Below are positions 57,301-64,000 of a stretch of DNA of 64,000 nt, one piece after another; the stretch's first letter is position 1; the number at the start of each line of letters is the position of its first letter. The DNA lies in contig CM102290.1 of NCBI GenBank assembly GCA_046563655.1, positions 13,392,001 to 13,456,000 on the forward strand, written 5' to 3'. Under the pieces are notes generated by a model. That model was given only the letters and a program-made list of their open reading frames with translations, was not told the origin of the DNA and made no database searches. Origin of the DNA: Yuukianura sp. NJ FZ-2021. Taxonomy: Eukaryota. A program made the translations under genes and the position numbers.

Positions 57301-60241
57301 CTTAGGCCGCAGTTCATCTTTCGCCTTCTCTTCAGCATTTCCGTTCTGGGCCTCTTGGGCAGCTTCTGCTACTTCATCTGGCTCTGCATGTTTGACATTG
57401 GGCGAAAACACGTCAGGGTTGAACCGAAGATCAAATTCCGTCGGAGACAGAGAACAAACGGAAGTAGCTGCATTCCGAATTGCCGTTAACGTATTGGATT
57501 CTATTGAAAACAAATACGAAACTAAGTAAATACTGGAACAACATAACTATACTGGTGAATGGTAAGCAAGTATTTCCATACCTTCCGCTTTTTCTGGAGA
57601 TTTTGTAATGTTCTCAACAAACTCCACGGCGTTATTTGTATCATCTTCTTCGGTCGACTTTTTATCCGTTTCTTGATCTACTCCTTGGCCTTCCTCTGTC
57701 ACATTTTCATTAACTTTAGCTGCTTCCTGTTGCTTTCTTTCTTCCATTTGTGCTTTGAATCCAAACTTTTGGAGGTGATAGGCTGCGACCTTGATGAACG
57801 TCATGTATCTCGACTCCACAAAAGCATCAACAAGCTCTTGACGAAGACAACAAAGTTTGTGTGGATGGTCCAATGGATAACCCATTTCTTTCACTTCACT
57901 GCACAGTTCCACGTTGGCATCTAATCAAAAACAATTTCAATTTTTCAACATTTTTTTTGAAAACTTGCAAAATTTTGAAAATTACCTTTCAAAAAGTTGA
58001 CATCCGGTGGAAACGTTCTTAACAAATCCAGTATGTAGTGTCTACCATCGTTTCCTATGATTCCTTTACACTCTACGGAAGAGCACAGTTCCACCATTTC
58101 GTTCTTTTCGTTGAAAACATAGTGTGGGAAGACTTTGAGGCGCGGAGCAGCCTTTTTGAGAAGTTCCAAGTACTTGTCATTTGTCACCACAGCTTTTCCA
58201 AAGTCAATTGACCCATAAACTACGGATTGGTCTTGTTCACGTTCCAGAATTCCAGGAATAATGGACTGGGCTGTTACACGGTACCCTCTGTAGTCAATAA
58301 CAACAGTACCCAGAGTATAGAGTCCCTCCATGTCAATCGTACTGTAGGCAGCGACGCCTTGGAGATCGTTTCTTGGGGCGACATGGGCAGCAGCATCCCC
58401 ACCCAGCTCTTTGTAGTGGTCACGTACGTCAAATCCCAATGAGAAAAATATATTGGACCAAATGAACATTTGCATCTTGTGGCTTTCACCAGGGTTGATT
58501 GCCATTATGTTTCCGTCAATCACTGCAACTGCTCCGCGCGTCGCAGCCGAAACGAAGTCTGAATGCACCTAGGGAGCACAAATATGTCAAAAATCTCAGT
58601 ATTTTTAATAATTCAAAAATATCAATATTTTTAGGAATAGTTAGTTTGCCTTACCTTAAAAATAGCTCTTTCCCTCAGAAGACGTTCGGGAAGTGTAGAA
58701 CGGGGAAGTTCTCTGGTTGACTGGAGCTCTTCGTTCCAATCTCTCGTTTGTCCAGGAATATGCTCTTCGTAGCCCAGTTTAGAGGAAAAGGCCTCTTCTG
58801 CTCTGATGGCATCCATGTGATGAGCAATTGCAGGAGACACCCAAGAGTAGACTTGGTACGGAGTTGCTACTCTCTCGAACGGATGTCTACTCATTCGGCG
58901 CTTCTGGAGTTGGGAGAAGGACTTGCGAAAGGCTGGACTGATTTGACTAAGAAGTTCGATGAGAGAGTGGCTCAAGTAATTATTTGTATGAGCTGGCAGT
59001 GGGTCGAAGACTTCCATTGTTGAGCGGTTGAGATAAAAGCCTCTAGGCGAGGCTGTGACATGGCAAGTTTTGTCCTCAAGCGTCACTATGAGTAAATACA
59101 TTAAATCTCCATGAAGTTTTCGGTAGCCTGGCGGTGGGTTCCATCCAGAAGCGGCCAGAACCTGATCAAATCAAATACACAAATGTATTTCATAAATATA
59201 CTTTCCGTACTCTGAAATCTGCAATATACGTTCCACATTCCATAATGACAATATTTGACTAACCTTAAGGCAAGAGATTGGTTTCTGCTCTTTATTCTGC
59301 GGATGAATCTGAGCGAGCAGAAACGAATTAGAAGTGCCGGGCATAATGCATTCCGGCGGAGTACAATCCACGACTCTCTTTTTCCCAGACAAATCCCCAC
59401 CGCTGACCGTGTTGAGGAAGGACAAGGAAGCACAGTCAGTTCCTCCATAAGCATCCGCCCAGTCTGAAGGTTTGAGCAGATCTCGTACATGTTTTACATG
59501 GATTCTGGCTTCTCGACATGTATAGGGCTCTTCCACGACCTAAATTCCACAAAACTCGTGTATTTAACATAGAACCGTGAATATTAATCATGAATTAAAA
59601 TCAAAATTAATCAAATTTACCTTGATGACTGACCCGTCCTTCAAACCTGCTATGCTCTTCAGCTCAGCAAAATTATCCAGGACAACTCCGTCAAGCTGGA
59701 GAGAAAAACAGGTTCGGTGACAAGTGTCTTCTCTCTCCATGAGTAATTGATGAAGCTCTTGCACAATCTCACTACTAGAAACCTAAATAAGTGTAACAAA
59801 ATCAGTTAGTTCAGTCGTTTGAATTACGTTTTTCGAGAAACTTACTTGAATTTCGAACGGTTCAGCTCCAGGAGCAACAATTTTAATGGTAAGCCCAGTA
59901 TCGTGGACATAGTAGGAGTCTTCCGAAGCACCACTCTTCCCTTCACCTTCTTCCGCAGTTCCTTCCTTCTCCGTGTCGTCTGCCTGTCGTTTTCCTTCCG
60001 CCTCCTTTTCCTCTTTGACTTTTTCTGTTCTCGTCATGTCACACTTCTCAGTTTCGGATTCTGACGTACTTGACTCGTGCACTCCGTTCCAAGCGTCGCC
60101 GTTGCAGTGACTCGTGCTCGAATCCTGTTCGCTGCTACGAGAGTCCGTCTTCAATTGGTCTACTGGGTTGTGCTCATTTCGATAGACGAGTAGACACTCA
60201 CTACCTCGGTTGTCGTGGCAGTTGATGCCGGTAGTCTCCAT
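54351..60241 (-). CDS. clu: Clustered mitochondria protein homolog (clueless/CLUH)
   Basis: 15 exons: 60241-59846, 59782-59621, 59539-59264, 59161-58655, 58568-57986, 57920-57582, 57500-57197, 57037-56716, 56638-56540, 56450-56055, 55980-55643, 55188-54971, 54878-54736, 54657-54542, 54465-54351. Motifs [71 protein letters not shown] and C-terminal TPRs. The start codon is the first in-frame ATG. Confidence 0.96.
57100..57169. mobile_element. Minimal 70-bp Tc1/mariner-like MITE in a clu intron
   Basis: TA|CAGTAAAACCCCTC ... GAGGGGGTTTACTG|TA, essentially two TIRs. Confidence 0.7.
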
Positions 60242-60419
60242 GTTTACGCCCCTTTTGATACCGGAGATCCCCGTTCCACTTAACTTCACTGTAAAGAAAT
60301 AATCAAAGAGAAAGACATTAGAAAATATGATTAGACATTAGAAACATATTGTTGTACACCTTCTTCCCTGATAAACATAGCCTTAGCTTCGCGATTACCA
60401 AACCACCTATCCTTGTATT

Positions 60420-60622
60420 GGTAAGCAAGCCATTACTTCGAATGAAATGCTCCGAAGCGAATTGCTTGGAATGAGTTGCTACGAAACCAATTGCTCCAAA
60501 ACTTATAATAAGGTTACACTCGAAATCATTACGCACTTATTATATAAAACCATTTTCGGAGCAATTTTCCATTCGGAACAATTGGATTCGTAGCAATTCA
60601 TTCGTAGCAATGGTATGGAACC
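60420..60622. mobile_element. Foldback-type MITE with ATTGCTACGAA-like subrepeats
   Basis: GGTAAGCAAGCCATT... and ...TTCGTAGCAATGGTATGGAACC termini like 2037-2305; mirrored ~15-bp subrepeats; no TSD recognised. Confidence 0.6.
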
Positions 60623-63488
60623 CTGCCAGCATACTAAAAAAAAGTATTGATCACCTCATTAACGTGTAATTCTGTCTACTAACTTCTTATCAGGTGAAAA
60701 TGACGTCGATGGTGCCTATTTTTGCGTATGCTAGGCTAACATTGTTAGCTCAATTTACAACATTGTGGAGAGACAACGTCAATAACGCATCAGTGCAAAA
60801 GCAAAACTAGCTTCTAGATGTTCTAAACAACATTTTTGTACTGCCAATGTTGCACACAATTTTAATAGTACTGACCTCTGTTGAAAGGTAGGTGGAAAGT
60901 ATTCGATGGCATTCCTTGTACGCTCACTTTAGACATAGCAGGCTTTACGCGAACCGTAACACTAATTGTAGCGCCTCGTACGCTACTGTTAGTCCTAGCG
61001 TTACTTTCTCCGAAAAATTTTTGAACCGATTTGGCACTGCGAACGCGTTTGCCAAATTTCGTCATTTTGAAAATTTCAATGTCAAGTAACTTCAAAGCCT
61101 CAACTTCACAAACGCCCGTATCGCTCAACAAATCCCGGTAAACTATTGTAGCAATTTCGTCGGTAAATGTGAACAATGCAACAATAAGTTAAAGTTAACC
61201 CAAAAATTAGGGAACATAACATCAAGTACAGGAAGCAATTTAAAAACAATGGGTCTAGATTGCACTCTACAGTAGTTCCAGCAAATTCACAATTAGTTAA
61301 TTGACCTACTGTCAAGTCTCTCTGCCTAATACCTAGAACTAGGTTACGGAGCATAATCCGTTAGCCATAAAAATACTTATGCCTAGTTAACCCGTTAACC
61401 CATCACCATCCATGTAATACACACTAATGACCTAGGTATATGCCGGATTTAAGTACACATTCGGATTCATTTCTCTGCGAACCTTCGCTATTACAAAACA
61501 TCACCGACATTTAACTTATCGCTGGCGCCAAATTCAAACCTGCGCCACAACCAAAACCCAAATTCCTAATTTGCATATTTTATTGTCCGGTTAAAGTGGA
61601 AATCCATTGTCAAGTCCAGTTTTGAGAGTGTTGGTCCATTAAACTCCATCGTCCAACCTCTGTTCCCTTCAATTACATTGTTTTGAACAGTGTTAATACA
61701 GAAACTGATGTTTGAACTCACCTGAGGTCGCTGCAAATGAGAGGAAGTGCCGATTAGTTGGTCAAGAGGTCGTCACACCCTGAACGTTTCCGGAACAACA
61801 AATTCACGAATCAGGTGATCGATGGCCAAAAGACACCAGACTAGATTCATTCAACAGTGCCGATTATTGCTAAATTAGTGCTTAATCTTTCCAGAACTTG
61901 GGAGCAATGAGGGTTATATGGAGGTTAGCGGCGAGGTAACGGAGCCACGGATGCGAAAAGACAGAAAATAAGATCTCGAGGAAGAAGTCGGGTCTCGCTC
62001 ATGGACATGGGAGTCACGAGGCCTGTTCTTTTGCTGGTCGATCCATTTAGGAAAAAAAAAACAGTGCATGGCAAATGGCATCCAAAACTTATCGGAGACG
62101 AGAGTGGTAGTACCGTTCTTTTAGAAATACACATGGCAATTCATATCCTAGCCGCCGAAAGCTCAAACAGTAAGTACATAGATACAAATACTAAGCTTTT
62201 AGTTTAGTATACCCACTCCACTCGTCATAACACCTCCTCCAGGAGATGATCCACAATAGTACTTAAGCTTAGTACTTGCATGAATAAACTTAACATTAGT
62301 TTACTTTACCCCGTCGTTCAAGTTTTGGATGGCCCAATCTTCATTTCTTTGTAAAATGGTAAAAGTGCCCATATTTGTGTGTTTTAGGTCGCCAGTAGAC
62401 TTTAAAAGCGAGACAAGAAGAGCCACGACCTTTGGACTTTTAGATGGCAAGCTATGGACATAGTCGTCACTAGGAAGATCTCTCCAACTTAACAACGTGG
62501 ACATGATCTCAAATATTTAAATAATGCTGAGCATTAATTCTAATTTGCCTCTTCCTCGTCAGTTTGAATCTAATTCAGACAGATTTATACGTAAATCATG
62601 AGAGGATGTACGCGTAGTGCGCAAGGCCACATTGGCATACCGGCTCAAGCAACCAAATCAGCGAAATATTTAAATGCATTAGGTATTAGGTAATCATAAT
62701 GATAAATTAACCTCAATTGGTTTACTGACAGTAACAAAATTCACAATTCCCGCGCCAATAACACCAAGATGAAAATACCATGTGTCTGGTAGTATTGCCG
62801 CAAGAGAAATGGCGGGAAAGAAATAGATTCTTCACATAAACGTGCGAAAATCTATGGGCAACGTAGCAAGAGCTTTGCATTTAAGTAAATGATGTCGCAA
62901 TCCAGCATTATTGCGTAATGCAAATGTGGCATTGGGAGTGTAACTGTAAGTTATGCAGCGAAAAACTACCGTTATACTCCATAGCTACCACGTTAGTTTA
63001 ACTTTAAGTGGCGTATTAAATTCAACATCGTCACTCACTCATGGAAAACTTGAATTCTAAAATCCAAATGTGACACCCTCCAGAGATTCTGCGCTGATTA
63101 GAGCGAATAACGAATGGCAAGTAATACTGTACTAACTACTATTACTATTAACAGCTGAATTTAAAAGTGTCACGTTAAGTACAAAATAGTCCACAAATAC
63201 TCCACAATCATCAAGGTCATCATTCGAATTCATTGCAGGGTCAACCAAAAATTGCAAAATAATTCTATCCGGCCACTCCCACATCTTCTGCTACACTACT
63301 CAACTCCAAAACGTCATAGACCTTGGGACTTGAGACGACCTGACCTGCATGACCTGCTTGACCTGATCTGTTGCGTTCACATTTTTGTGAACTGTAAAAG
63401 ATTTATCAACGCATAACTTCTCCCGCCAAAACTTGTAAAACGAATTTTTAATTTATCTCTATAAGTCTAAAGCTTCTACTTCTACTCT

Positions 63489-64000
63489 CTAAGCCTGGTT
63501 CACACAAATGTGCTGCGTATAGACATTCCGGAAGTACTGCAGCACCTGATGCACAGCGTCTAAACCTAAACTACCACCGAGATACTGGGCATAAAGTACT
63601 TTAGGATTCCCTAACTCTTTCTCGTTAAAAGTAATCTGACAGTGTAGGGCAAAGGGGCCCTCTAATTCCCTGAAAGTAGCGGATGGAAATTCAATTGTAC
63701 TCACGGATGCGACGTCCGATGCTAACTGCGTCCTGCCTGGTTCCATGTCAACTTCTTCCTTTCGAGCCGCTGCTCTCCTCTTGCGGCGTTGCCCTGACCA
63801 GGTATTCGTTTCTCCAACGACTTCAATAACATAAGTGTCGTTCACTAGGAATTTGAATCCCAATCCACTAAGCAGTTTCTTGATGTTGAGGATAAAGTCT
63901 GCGGGAGCACAACTGCAGGATACTTGCCACTGTACTGGTCCATGTAACTTTTTGGGTGGTTCGGATGTAAGAAGAGGGGCAAACTGTGGGTCAAATGTCC
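63489..64000 (-). CDS. METTL16: U6 snRNA m6A methyltransferase METTL16, C-terminal part (5' portion outside window)
   Basis: Open frame from the window edge: (W)TFDPQF...NTWSGQRRKRR...YLGGSLGLDAVHQVLQYFRN. This matches the METTL16 VCR/KA1 pattern (NTW..QRRKRR; HQ..QY..N). The methyltransferase domain is not visible. Confidence 0.75.
   Translation of the reverse strand, partial: TFDPQFAPLLTSEPPKKLHGPVQWQVSCSCAPADFILNIKKLLSGLGFKFLVNDTYVIEVVGETNTWSGQRRKRRAAARKEEVDMEPGRTQLASDVASVSTIEFPSATFRELEGPFALHCQITFNEKELGNPKVLYAQYLGGSLGLDAVHQVLQYFRNVYTQHICVNQA

Noticed and set aside
60862..61354. ORFs of 104, 65 and 82 aa upstream of clu
   Set aside because: No recognisable domain or consistent splice signals; probably intronic or repeat-derived.

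Overview
Eukaryotic, gene-dense, AT-rich DNA with short (mostly 55-90 nt) GT-AG introns. The gene content and TTAGG-type motifs suggest an arthropod (inference). Reading splice junctions by hand gives: Mnt (minus, 3' end probably off the left edge), a complete 20-exon Prp8 (+), a CCP/Wonton-type trypsin-family protease resembling modSP but without LDLa repeats (minus), an unrecognised 5-exon small secreted-protein gene head-to-head with it (+), NDUFS8 (+), VMP1/Tango5 (minus, one GC-AG intron), Rabphilin (minus), clueless/CLUH (minus) and the 3' end of METTL16 (minus). Introns and intergenic DNA carry many short non-autonomous DNA transposons: TA-flanked Tc1/mariner-like, CAAGG-ended, hAT-like, foldback elements with a TTAGG core, and Helitron/Helentron-like remnants. 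There is also one tRNA-like relic and two or three decayed exon-like regions. I see no prokaryotic-type system, CRISPR array or intein. The best leads are the orphan secreted gene paired with the LDLa-less protease, the foldback MITE family, and a MITE terminus that coincides with a Rabphilin splice donor. All exon coordinates were counted by eye and may be off by a base or two.
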